In this document: positions 22,501 to 33,000 of the stretch, one piece after another
Numbering within the stretch: the first letter of the stretch is position 1
How the letters are laid out: every line of letters begins with the position of its first letter
DNA from: Azolla caroliniana
Lineage: Eukaryota; Plantae; Polypodiophyta
DNA length: 64,000 nt
NCBI GenBank assembly: GCA_043228905.1
Contig: JBHGNT010000008.1
Span: 4,030,001-4,094,000 of the forward strand
Direction of reading: 5' to 3'
Notes under the pieces: model-generated
What the model was told of the DNA's origin: nothing
The model's input: the letters and a program-made list of their open reading frames with translations, nothing else
Database searches by the model: none
Program-made: the position numbers and the translations under genes

Positions 22501-25500
22501 TTTGGTTCGGAGTCTTGTACTCCCGTGGTTTTTCCCGTACAGGGTTTTCCACGTTAAATCGCGTGTCCACTCACTTATTTTTGCATTTCCCATTTTCTGC
22601 AACAACGATTCGTGTGTTTCCTTGGTTGTGGCTGAGAAGTGAAGTTTGGAAAGTGTCGATTATTTCCATCAGATACATGCTAGTGCTAGATAGTAATCTT
22701 AAAGTCAATGGCACATACTTCAAGAATAAGTAAATATTAACCTTCTAACAGAGAATATTCTTCTAGTTGACTTGACCTGTCAATCCCATTAGCCTACATC
22801 CCTCTTTACTAAATACATTGTCCTACACATCTACGGTTTCGCACATTGACACGTCATCGAGTGATATGCTTGTGGGGATAAACTGATGACTTGGGGGTGA
22901 CCATTGACTATATCTAACAGTTTTCAGTGATTATATAGTATAATTGTTGGCAAATTATCATTATTGATTCATGTAGAACAAATCTATCGGTAAACATGAT
23001 GCTCTTCTTTGAACTTGAATCTGATATGTTAAGCTGTGAAAGGGTTTCTGATAAGTATGTGTGATGTAACTATATGAAACCAACAGTGTTAATCTGTATT
23101 TCTAATGGTATAAATTTTCATTAGCATGCGCTCGAGTGTATGGACCGTATGATTGAAGTTGCTTGTGTTAAGAAATCTGAGGTTTTCTTGAAGATTTACA
23201 TGCTTAATTTATTATAGGTTCTTCAAAAGCGTCGGTCAAAAAGCAAAACTACTGCAAGAATACCAGTTTCATCATCGGAAAGCAGCCAGGAAGGGCAGAA
23301 GGAGTTTCTTCGTCTTTATGAGTTACTAGCAAACCAGTGAGTGTTCTTTAAGTTTAATTATTTAATCATCCTTGTTTAGTGCAAGAAGAAACGACAATTG
23401 TCTCACATTACAGGATTGTAACTGTAGTAGTGAATTTGAGCTCATAAATGATGGTATTCATGAGAATTTACTGCATCTCCGGTATCATGACAGTTCATTT
23501 GAGAAGACTGTGAGTAATACCACTATTTTTATTCTTACTCTACTAACTCTCATGGGCATCTGGATATGATTACTGTGTCGGAAATTATAACGTTAAAATT
23601 AGGTTTTCTGACAGGTAAAGTGTTTAGACTTACTTGGGGACTCAGAAATCATAAGACATGTAGCTTTCCGCCGTCAATTGTTTGCATTAGATGGTAATAC
23701 GATATACTAAAATTGGGAATATTTTAAACACGCAAGATTGTGAACACAATATTGTAAATCTGACTAAGTCCGTACGTAGTTTATCAGCCAACGTTTTCAA
23801 TATTGATACGGCGGCTGATAGCGCAACCTGAGAAGCCACATATTGAGTGGCCGAGAACTACACAAAGGTGATAACCTGTCTACTTGATATGTGGAAATAT
23901 TTCAGATTGCATACATTTGACTCTTTATGGATATCTTGCAGATTCAGAGTGGACTATGGTGCCAAAAAAGAACTATTGAGGTCTTGGATGATGAGTATGC
24001 AACCATCAACACATTCCAATTTCACAATTGGATGTCTTGCGTGGGATTTAGTATCTCCGCTACTCTATATATTATCACCTCAGAAATTAAGACCTGTATG
24101 GGGATATGCTTAAAAACATAATCGATTGATTATTTGTGATGTTGCCTCTTCATCTGTAAAAGGACAATGGCGTATGTGCTATGTGCAGGTAGCACCTCAG
24201 CTTTTGTCAAAATCTGAGAAAGAGGAAATGAATCAGCTGGTAGACACCATGATAAGCTATGGTATCAATTATAAAATTCCTAAGCCTAGCTTTTCATCTG
24301 ATGGTTTTATGGAATCTCATGGACCTGTTTTTGATCCTCCAATTCACAAGATAATACAATTCAAGGTATGAAACTTCATTATACAAATGCACTTGTAATG
24401 GTTTCCCATAAAGGAAACTACATGCATTCATAATGATTGTTTAACAGGACCACAGGCCAGGATATCACTTGATCTCATTAACTCTACGTCAAGTTCTGAG
24501 TCATGAGGTGAGTAATATATTTATACTGCTCGATTCATTTTGCAGCATTCTTTACCGTAGGGTAAGCAAGAGAGATGTGTATTGGATCTGCTAGATTCAC
24601 TTATTAGGCAAGAACATTGGGTACATAGGGAAACCATACTTGCATAGGGAAATTTTCTTTTATAGTAATGATAAAAATCTCCTGAAGAAGTATTTAATCA
24701 TAGGACATCAGATTCAAATCTTAAGTTTTTGCCAAGTGCTTCATGCATGGCTATGCTTAAAACACTGGCTATATATGTAGATTCTATAGAATAAATCGGA
24801 GTCACTCTTAAATATCAGTCTGAATCGACCAGTGTAGCAAGCAGTCAGTGTCAAAGTCAGAGAAAAGGGCAGCATTTAATATCCCCAACTACAATCATAA
24901 CAGAAAGTCATACATGCTTTCTTATGCCAGTGCAATAGATCTTAGAGCTTAGATTGTGCACTGTAGTGTCATTTCTTGAATTCTGAAGCTCTTGAGCATC
25001 TCGATTGCCAATTAGAGATTCTCTGACCTCTATATCCGTTTCTTTTCAATACAGATTTTATCGGATGTTCAAGTTTTGTGCTCAGATTTGAGGCATGTCT
25101 GTTGTTTCTTTGAATTGTTCACTGGGAATTTGATCTAACTCATAGTACTATCCATAAACCGTGTTTCTCACCAGAACCTTCCCCAATGGGGACTAATCTT
25201 TGTTTTCCTCATCCTCTTCATTTTGAGTCATTCAGGAACTTTACCTTCCAAAAGTGACTTCTCCACTTGCAACCTCTACATGTTTGCTCATGCATGCCTC
25301 CATGTTGTACAGATGTTAACTATTTATCTTTTTTATGAACTTTTGCAAGTTTTCCATGTGAAAAGTATCGAGTAGGTTCTAGAATACCTATGAATTCCAC
25401 CCAAACTTACCTCTTTCAGAGACCACTTTGTTATGAGCATACACAAGCTTGAGGACACACAGTTGAATAGCTATGGGCTGGACATATGGTTATAGAAAGG

Positions 25501-26982
25501 TCTAGCGAGTAGCCACTGAGGTCTGGCAGTGGATTATCAATTGATCTCTTATGAAGGGAGCGCTTCTGCCACTCCAATCAGATCAGATCCATCTGCATTT
25601 TCATGACAATCTAGTGTATCAATTTCTCATGAATTATCAACACCCTGGCTAAGGGAATTTTGTATATGATGCACAATGGGGAGTACTACTATATGCTTAA
25701 TGATGTGTTTTACCTCTCATTGCTGGGAATTTGAGGTTAGTTTTGTTATGGTCATGGATGAAAATCCGTAGATTTAGGTTTGTTCTGGTCATGAACATAT
25801 ATGCCAGAGATCAGAAAAGATATTCAGCAGTTATAAAGATGATGATCCTCTATTATGTGCCATCTGAGATTTTGGATGTTGAAACATGGAACTTCGACCT
25901 TAATCTGTAGGGCATGACACTTCTATATGAATTATTTAGATCCAGTTATAGAAGGCTTTGTATGCTTGTAGTTGTTTTCTAGAACAATGTCTGCTGTTTT
26001 CATAAATGCCACATCATTATCATGTTCTTACGATTAATCATAGGGAATGAGGATGATGAAGCTGCATGAAAGTCAGACTCAAGAACTGGAAAAAGCTTTG
26101 CTCTTGCATAGTTTCAAGCTTTGAAATTGATATCTTTCACTTGTATCTACATATCAAACATGCTAGAAAAGTGGGTGGTAAACTAATATTTTTATGTTTC
26201 TCCCAATTAGAGGATAAAGATGTTAGTGCTTCTTTTCTTAGGTCGAGCTTGAAACAATCAGGCGTGAGAGTGCTGCACGGATTGCACGGGCAACAGCCAT
26301 AGCTTCAGATCTCCAAAGACTCTCTGTTTCAGATGAAATGAAAGAGAAGCTGGTTCAGGATACTACTGTGCTTCCAGTGAAGGCAGATATAAGTGCAGAG
26401 AAGAAAATCACGAGCCTACCCACGTCTAATATTGAAACGAATGACACATCTGCAGATAAAGGAGTCCTAAACCCAACTATCAAGGCATCTAGAAAGCCTG
26501 CAATAAACTATTTTGCTCAGTATGTTCATGCATGCACCTACATAATAATTAAAGAAAATATTTTGGTGTAAGGTTTTAAATGTTAGTGTTTTTGGTTTTG
26601 AACTCATATATCAGATTTAAGAAAGGATCTGGGATGAATGGGAATGCAGAGAAAGTCTCTGTGGCTAGTGAAGCTTTGGCTCGACGGGATTCTCGTCCTG
26701 TTTTTTTCAAGTTCAATGAGGTGAGGTTTTAATGGCTAGGGTTCCATATCTTCAAATAATGAAATATTTGGCTCCCGATGCTTGTAGCTTTGCCATATAT
26801 GTGTTGGGCATCATGATAATTATATCACTATATTACCTAACATATACTAACAGTGGCTATTTTATTAAAATATGTACAATTGTACGGTCTAGACTTCAAA
26901 GATTGGATATAATGGGGACTGTTTCTGGCAGGGTTTCACCAATGCAATACGAAGGCCAATGCTGGTGCGAGATTTCATCTAA
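10510..26982 (+). CDS. CTF18: Chromosome transmission fidelity protein 18 (alternative RFC large subunit, AAA+ ATPase), ~25 exons
   Basis: Motifs [32 protein letters not shown], Walker A GPPGLGKT (~14278), INASDDR, Walker [37 protein letters not shown] and C-terminal FKFNE|[11 protein letters not shown] (TAA 26980-26982). Approximate exon starts: 10510, 10793, 11019, 13013, 13586, 13803, 14262, 15214, 15388, 15556, 15754, 15914, 16046, 16198, 16354, 23218, 23428, 23614, 23780, 23942, 24189, 24449, 26242, 26615, 26932. Confidence 0.95.
17276..17944 (+). repeat. Copia 5' LTR (669 bp; three 28-bp internal repeats)
   Basis: Matches 22059-22671 except for a 56-bp indel and ~2 substitutions. Confidence 0.95.
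17975..22048 (+). CDS. Copia Gag-Pol polyprotein (Gag, CCHC, protease, integrase, RT, RNase H), 1357 aa
   Basis: [67 protein letters not shown]; PR-INT-RT-RH order; first ATG after the PBS is at 17975. Confidence 0.97.
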   Translation: MEGGGSGQPGMMVLNAQNYADWKIKMEDLLIVRDLYEPIDRSEIPKGVLESEWRLLNRKAVATIRQYVDVSVLQHVANDTNAYEMWRKLSGLYERKNALNQTSLMRKIVNLKYRDGESMVEHVSTFMGFVNQLAAIKFPLEDAMQAIILMCTLPESWENLVVTLSTSCTEDNLSLQTVKTSSLNEEARRRDKEPASDPKMLLAESDRGRQRNRSPQRREKSGTRSQSRGRPTCFHCGKPGHFRKNCRYYRKDNGVDDTDSKKSPERNGAYRGATDWRGPDRRGQDRKGTTALAASEEEIMLITEEGELNIAGDEITWVVDSGASFHLTPERRYFSSYTAGEHGCVRMGNEGTCRIAGIGDVWLTTSTGCKMLLKDVRHVPEVRLNLISAGRLDDEGYTGSIRNGVMKFSKGSLIVARARKVNTLYLMNAWLCPEELNVAADTAGELWHKRLCHMSEKGMKRLADDNLIPVKHVHLEKCTDCLAGKQNRTSFHSRPPTRRSAPLELVHTDVCQVETKSHGGAQYFVTFIDDHSRKLWTAPLKTKDQVLSVFKELHARVERESGKKLKAIRVDNGGEYRGQFAEYCRSKGIRLEFTVPKTPELNGLAERMNRTIMERVRSMLAHAKLPKGFWAEAMSTATYVINRSPSVPLDGDTPQRVWTGKEVSYRHLKVFGCLAYVHVAKDRRGKLDPKTRPCIFLGYGDDEFGYRVWDPVDKKIFRSRDIIFMEDKTLADWESEKKMKSSKSTGEDKLYEEQSRPARDRLTLEDPAEDGEETEPAEEDENDTGTGPDPEMDSDEEESEEPVTEAPERRYPLRERRAPRRFSEPEHVLLTDEGEPESFEEAKHDTHSRRWLSAMQEEMDSLHENHTYELVELPKGKRALRNKWVFKLKLGDAGNPPRYKARIVVKGFQQKKGVDFDEIFAPVVKMTSIRTVLSIAASMDLEVEQMDVKTAFLHGDLEEEIYMQQPEGFEKKGKEHLVCRLKKSLYGLKQAPRQWYRKFDSFMTDEGYHKTQSDHCVFVKKFEGGDFLILLLYVDDMLIVGRDQVKIRMLKKALHRTFSMKDLGPARQILGMHIIRDRKKKQLWLSQEKYVTKVLHRFNMSEARPVGSTLPANCKLSSKQSPKTKAEKEDMLKVPYASAVGSLMYAMVCTRPDIGYAVGVVSRYMSNPGKEHWNAVKWILRYLKGTANVCLRFGSGKPELDGFTDSDMSADADTSRSTSGYVMTYAGGAVSWQSRLQKTVALSTTEAEYMAVVEAGKEIIWMKDFIRELGIRQEEYRLYCDSQSAIHLAKNAAYHSRTKHIQRRYHWIRERIEDKEFVLTKIHTDENGSDMLTKVLTPDKLEACRKRIGLGRHPMPK
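22059..22671 (+). repeat. Copia 3' LTR (613 bp; one 28-bp unit)
   Basis: Matches the 5' LTR at 17276-17944. Confidence 0.95.
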
Positions 26983-29942
26983 TTGTTGCTATCTCTCTTG
27001 CCATTGCTGGTTTGGGACTTTCCTTTATATAGAGTCTGTGGTCCCTTAAGATTGTGGTCTCTGACAAACTTGAGGCATCATGGAAAAATGTCATTGACCA
27101 ACTCCAACCAAATAAGGCCTTCAAAATACATAAATTTCACAGAAGTGAATGATAATAATGAATGACGTCGACCGTATTGATGAGATCCTTTACATTCACA
27201 TGTTGAAATATGATGTGAAAGCATGGCCTTTGTATAGCACTTTAAAGATGCATGAAATTAAATGCGTATAGATATCAGATTTATTGAAATTCCAAAATGA
27301 AAGCTTCTGAAGATATTGTGGTAAAACTTGTGCTTTCCAGCATTAAGCTTGTGAGTTCATGTCTTGAACAATGGGATCGATGTGTTCTTTATCAAAATTT
27401 CCCTTAGTTAAGTTTGAAATCAGACACAAACATTTGCTGCTTGTGATGCAATCTAAGATGGTTTGAAAACCACAGCATTTCCCTGTATGAAGGCAATACA
27501 AATAAAGAATATGGTTATTGTAGTGTTTTAATTTCCTTGGATTTCAAATGTCACTCCAATTTTCACTCATATCAAAAGTTGGTAATCTCTCTGAATTCAA
27601 AAGTCAGATTTTGATTCCATCCATCATGTAATTAATTTGGGACTTCAAAACTTGAAAGTGCAATCTATTCTCTTTTTAAAAAATTTCGAAGCTTAATTGT
27701 CATTCTCCATAAATGTTTTGCCATGATCTATGTGGTATATTGGTAACCAGAAAATTTATCATTTTATCTATCCTTGGTTTCACATTTCGAGTTTGAAACT
27801 CGTTTTCACTTACATTCCAACAATCTCATTTGCATACCTTTGATGGAAGTAGTTTTACAAAAGGATGCATTCATGAATTTCAAATGTCCCATCATGTTAA
27901 GCGGTTGGAAATGATCTGAAGTTCCATGATCATCACATATGTGAACTAGTGATCAGAACAAGAATTCGTTTGTTTTGCAAATCATTATACTTGTTTTGGT
28001 TGTCAAATAAGCCTTTATGTGAGTGAAAATTGTATTGGTGGATTCTTGGCGATGAAACTTATAATTGTGCTCTTCTATATTTGCATAGGTAGAAGAAACA
28101 ATAAGAGAGAAAAGTTCAAGTTTCTTACTCTCCTATGAGAATATTGTGGAATAGGACTAAACTTAGTATAGTTGCTACAAAAACAAGAAGCATCATAGTG
28201 ATGCTAAAGAATTAATTGACAACGCCAATACAATATTTACTTTGTTGCCACTCATCCATCGTGGGCATCTCCCTTGAAAAAATAGATTGAGTTACACACA
28301 ATACTTGGCATGTCATTAGAAATGTACCAAATGAATCAACCAATGATGTGGATGGATCACCTCATAATAATGAATGCCACCACAAAAGAAGTTGCTTATG
28401 CATGGATAAAACCAATGTGAAAAATGAATCTAGTTGTTGGTGGGAGGTGGGTTAATATAGCATGGTACAATGGGTTGCAAAAAAATTGAATTTGATGCGT
28501 GTGTAGCCATCCTAAAGATGAGGAAGTATAGCTGCTTGTTGTTGATACTTGGCCAATTTGTTGAACCTTAATGTATGGATATTGTTTCTAAGATCTGGCA
28601 TGAAGACGACAACGACTAGAAGTGATAGGAACAAGACTTAATTGGAGGTGCATTAAGAGCAAGACTACTTATAGGAACAATGTTGAGAGCTTGATTATTT
28701 GTTGAGGAAGTGTGTTAGTTGTTGCCACACCTACTCAGATATAATATAAGCGACCATGGATGTTAGGCTCATCACCTACCCATGAGCTCAAGCTAATGTT
28801 GGGATTAGTGTCATATCCTAGGCATGGTGATGATCGTACTTACAATTATTATGACAAGCCGGCACAAGCATCAAAGTACTAGTAGTATTTGCAGAGACAT
28901 TGTTAGTCTTGTTGATTGAATGTATCACATTGAGCTAGAGGATATGGGGAAAGCTTGGGAAGAATCGTAAAGCATCGGCCATATTGTGTGCCAGAATGAG
29001 CCAATTCAGCATCTCCTCGCCCAAATTCACATAGCACTTGAACGGCTCCGGTATCGTTGAGCATCTCGATGATCTCTTATGGGAGTACCATCATCATCAC
29101 CATGATCTCCTCTTCTACATTAGGCATTTCCTTGGAAGCTGGTATAATTTGCGACCTTGCTCTATATGCTTCTGGACACACTATCTTGGAGACCTAACTG
29201 TAACTGTAACCCTAAAAAGCCTAGTGCATTGCCAGGATCACGAATCCCTTCAACCGAATGTTGTTTTCCCCTCTACTCTATAATACTCACCAATGTGAAC
29301 ACTACATACAAGTCTCTTTCACTATTATATATATATATGTATATATCTATAAATGCTTGGGTTTTTTGCTTTTTTTCTTGCCTCTTCTTGCCCTTATTTT
29401 TTATTTATTTGTGAACCAAGGGATTTTTTTCTTACTTTTTCCTTTAATTTTTTTATCCCTTTAATTTTGCTTTTATTTAAAATAATTTTTAAAAAGAAGA
29501 AAAAACATAACCATTTTATTGAGCTTTTTATTTAGTTATTTACTATTAATTAAATTCACATTTATTTGCTTTTTTTATCCCTCATATTTTGCTGTTTTTT
29601 TAATGCTTTTTAATAAAGAAATGAAAAAAATAACACCATTTTCGTGAGCTCTTTTTACTGATTTAATATTTAATTAAATTCCCATTTATTTGCTGTTTTT
29701 ATCCCCACTTACATATTTCCTTTTTATTTAAAAATTCCTTTTAAAAAAAAAAGAAAACGAAAAAAAATCGCAGCCATTTTATTCAGATTTTATTATCTAT
29801 TTTATTTATTAAATTTCCAGGATTTCCTTTTTTCGCAAGAAATAAATCAGAATGTATTTTATTTTATTTTCCGTGTTGGACAGAGTCTAAAGCCCGTCGT
29901 TTAACGACACTATTAGGAGAGTGATTAAGGGGTTAATGCTGG

Positions 29943-29993
29943 GCTAATTACTAATTAGCGAGTGCTAATAAGTAATTAGCGATTTCCCGCCAA
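29943..29993 (+). promoter_or_regulatory. 17-bp inverted repeat (29943-29980) followed by E2F consensus TTTCCCGCCAA (29983-29993)
   Basis: GCTAATTACTAATTAGC-gagt-GCTAATAAGTAATTAGC (1 mismatch); the E2F site is ~65 bp before ATG 30056. Confidence 0.65.
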
Positions 29994-30055
29994 GAAACCG
30001 AGACAGAAGAAGGAAGGCTGAAGAAGAAGAAGAAGAAGAACGCAGACGCCATGCC

Positions 30056-33000
30056 ATGGCTTCCTCGCAGCAGCAGCAGCAGCAGAAGCAGAGGTGGAGA
30101 TCATCTGTCGCCATCCATAACCTCCTCGCAGGTACCCGCACCTCATGTGATCAACGGACCTGTCATGAAGCCCAGGATCAGAACCTCTCTAGCTTCATAT
30201 CCGCCATCACCTCCTCTGATCTGGTCAGTGGAATTTCTTCCCCCCCCCCCTAACATTTATCCTTTCATGTTTTCCTGTCGTTTCGAAGAAGATTACACTT
30301 AATTCAAGAAATTCGAAATTTTCCTTTCCATGTGTCGTTTCGAAGAAGATTATTCTTAATTCAAGAAATTCTCCTAATATTTGTCCTCTCATGTTTTCCT
30401 GTTGTCTCGAAGAAGATCACACTTAATTCAAGACATTCGAAAATTTCCTTTCCATGTGTCGTTTCGAAGAAGATTATTCTTAATTCAAGAAATTCGAATT
30501 CCCTTTTTATACACTGTTTGGGTTTATTTTTTACTTCTAAGGATTCCTCATAATTCAAAAAAGTTGCATTCCTTTTCTTTACTCTGTCTGAAGTTTGTTT
30601 TCACCTCAGAAAAAGGATTAAAACAACTGAAGGCATGAACTGCTATAGAAGCAGTTAAGATGGTTATATCTAGTCTAAGAAAAATTCTCTCTTGATGTCT
30701 TGATGAAAAAAAGATTTTCGACCAGACGAAATACCATTTTGTAGTTACACAGTCATGTTAATAGGTGAAAATCTTCGCAAAGAAAAGATTCGGTATTATT
30801 CTTTCTTGAGAGGATTTTGATTGGGTAGTTGAGAGTCTACAGATTGGATGTGCTATCTATCAAAGGATGTTGGTTTTTTATCGTTCATCACTTTGTATGG
30901 TATTGTTAAGAGAGTATCCAAGGATTTTGGTTTTTTATGAATCACTGTGTATGGTATTACCCAGATTTAAAATTCCATGGCTTCGGCTTTTATAGAAAAT
31001 GTGCACCCAAAGCTAACCCCTTCAGGATTTACTATCTCATAACTTAAATGAGATATCAATTGTATTGTTTACCAATATCCGTAGAACATGATGTCTAGTG
31101 CATATCATAGACACACTGGATGTTGGAGCCACTTGAGGACTTGCTACATGTAATTGGATGTTATCAGTCATATTTGGGTAGTGCAATTGCTTGAAATATT
31201 CGATAGTTCTCAAGGCACATTGGTTTCTGGCAAACTTCAGGATGGAGGGATCATTGGATACTGGTCAGTGATCAGAATAATGCCTCAGTGATAGATAGAT
31301 TTTATTATCATTTTCAGAGATAAAATTCGAGCTATGGTACAAAAAATATAACATTTTCACGGAATACATGTGAAAGTGACTAGGGACTGTCGATGTTCAA
31401 GCACTTTACTATTGAATGTTGCAATTGAGAGTGCAGACTGTGACTATGAGAAAAATTCGTGCGAGGATAGGGTTTGGTTGAACATGCGTGGAAAGCATAG
31501 TTGAATATGATCGAAGGTAGAGCATTGTATCAAAGTGTGCTACTCAGACTCCAGAACTTGTTGAGGAAAAAATATGGATAGTTGACTAGTCTCATCACTT
31601 GTGTCCCAAAATCCCATCTAACATCGAAGTGAGTGTGAACGAACTCATATGGAAGCAATGGTTTGGATGCCAGACAACGGAATGGACTCTAAAATATATT
31701 GTGAGGGAGAAAGAAAGAAAGATATATTAATGTCTTTTAGAGGCCAAAATGGCCAATAAGACCAAACAAGAGATTACATCTTAAAATGTTGTGTCTTGTT
31801 TGATCTTGAGAGTCTCAAGCGAGAGAGAGAGTGAGAGAGAGAGAGAGAGCATCTTCTCATTTCAGGTCTTCAAGACAGAGGCTTTGCATCGGCTTTCCTT
31901 GTTTCTTCTTTACCTGTCTCCAACATTTGAGACATCCTTCAGTTGTCCAGATGCTTTCACAATTTCTTTTGTCTTCAGAAGTGAAGAGATTCTTGTGCCT
32001 GTGAAAGATATTGAAGTCCTTTACAGAGTATTATTTTCGGACCTGGCAAGCTATACTGATTGGTTGTTTAGACAAAAGAGTTTTAAACTGGAACAGGGTT
32101 ACAAAATATGTTCTGATATTACTGATAGTTTGTGTGATGGTGTACATTTAATGCTACTTGTAGAAGTCTTACGTTGCTGCATCCGAACTCTACCTCTTCT
32201 TGAATTCAATACAAGTTTGAGTCTTGTTGCTGCAGAGATTCTGACTTCAGTTTTCAAACAACTATACTGCCCTACCAGTCTTGGCACACTTATCTCTCGG
32301 GGTTTTAGAGATGTGAACTATTGTAGAAATGAAGTTCATTTTCATGATTTTTCTGCTAATAGCTGTGGTTCATCGGATTCTCCACTATCATATGCTAGTT
32401 TAGTTGAAGCTACAATGAAAGATCTTGAAGGGCACTTTTTCAACCATAAGAACACCGAAGTTTTTTCTCTTAATTGCTTGGGAAAAAATGCCATGTCATG
32501 CTGCATACACAATGCAATGAGACAAACTGATAGAACACAGATTGCTTGTGCACTTCTTGAGGTCAGCATTTCGTCATCTCTCTTTTTGGTGTCTATGATC
32601 TTAAGGTACAATTGATCTTGTATCTACATATATATATATACACACACACACACGCACAAACATAAGTTAGAATGAAGTAATTTGAGTTATATTTAAGTGA
32701 GGGGAAAGTCAAATTCTGAGAATAATATGCAGTAAGGAATTCTTCTATGTTTAAGGATTTTATGCAATATGCTTTCAGGTTTTTATGGATGAACTACTTG
32801 TTGAACCAGGGTTAGCTGATGTACTTTTGGCTAGTAATCCTGACGCAGAAGTAGAACTGTCACCTGATGGATTCTCGTGCACAAAATATGCACAGATGAC
32901 TATGGAAGCAGCTGCAGCTCACTTTATTCTCTCTGTGTCTCAGTCTAATTATATTGAAATCCTTCAAGGGAACTTTTATGCCACACACTCAGGTTGTCTT

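Larger units (their letters stand above)
17276..22671 (+). mobile_element. Intact, young Ty1/copia LTR retrotransposon in a CTF18 intron
   Basis: TG..CA LTRs 17276-17944 and 22059-22671; TSD GATAC on both sides; PBS TGGTATCAGAGC (tRNA-iMet) 17948-17959; PPT GAAGGGGGAG before the 3' LTR; single uninterrupted ORF. Confidence 0.98.
16939..22919. mobile_element. Older solo LTR (~580 bp net) interrupted by the copia insertion
   Basis: Termini TGTTAGAAATA..TATATCTAACA; 5-bp TSD GTTTT at 16934-16938 and 22920-22924. Confidence 0.65.

Noticed and set aside
27400-29350. Possible decayed transposon between CTF18 and the next gene
   Set aside because: No termini, TSD or recognisable protein motif found by eye.
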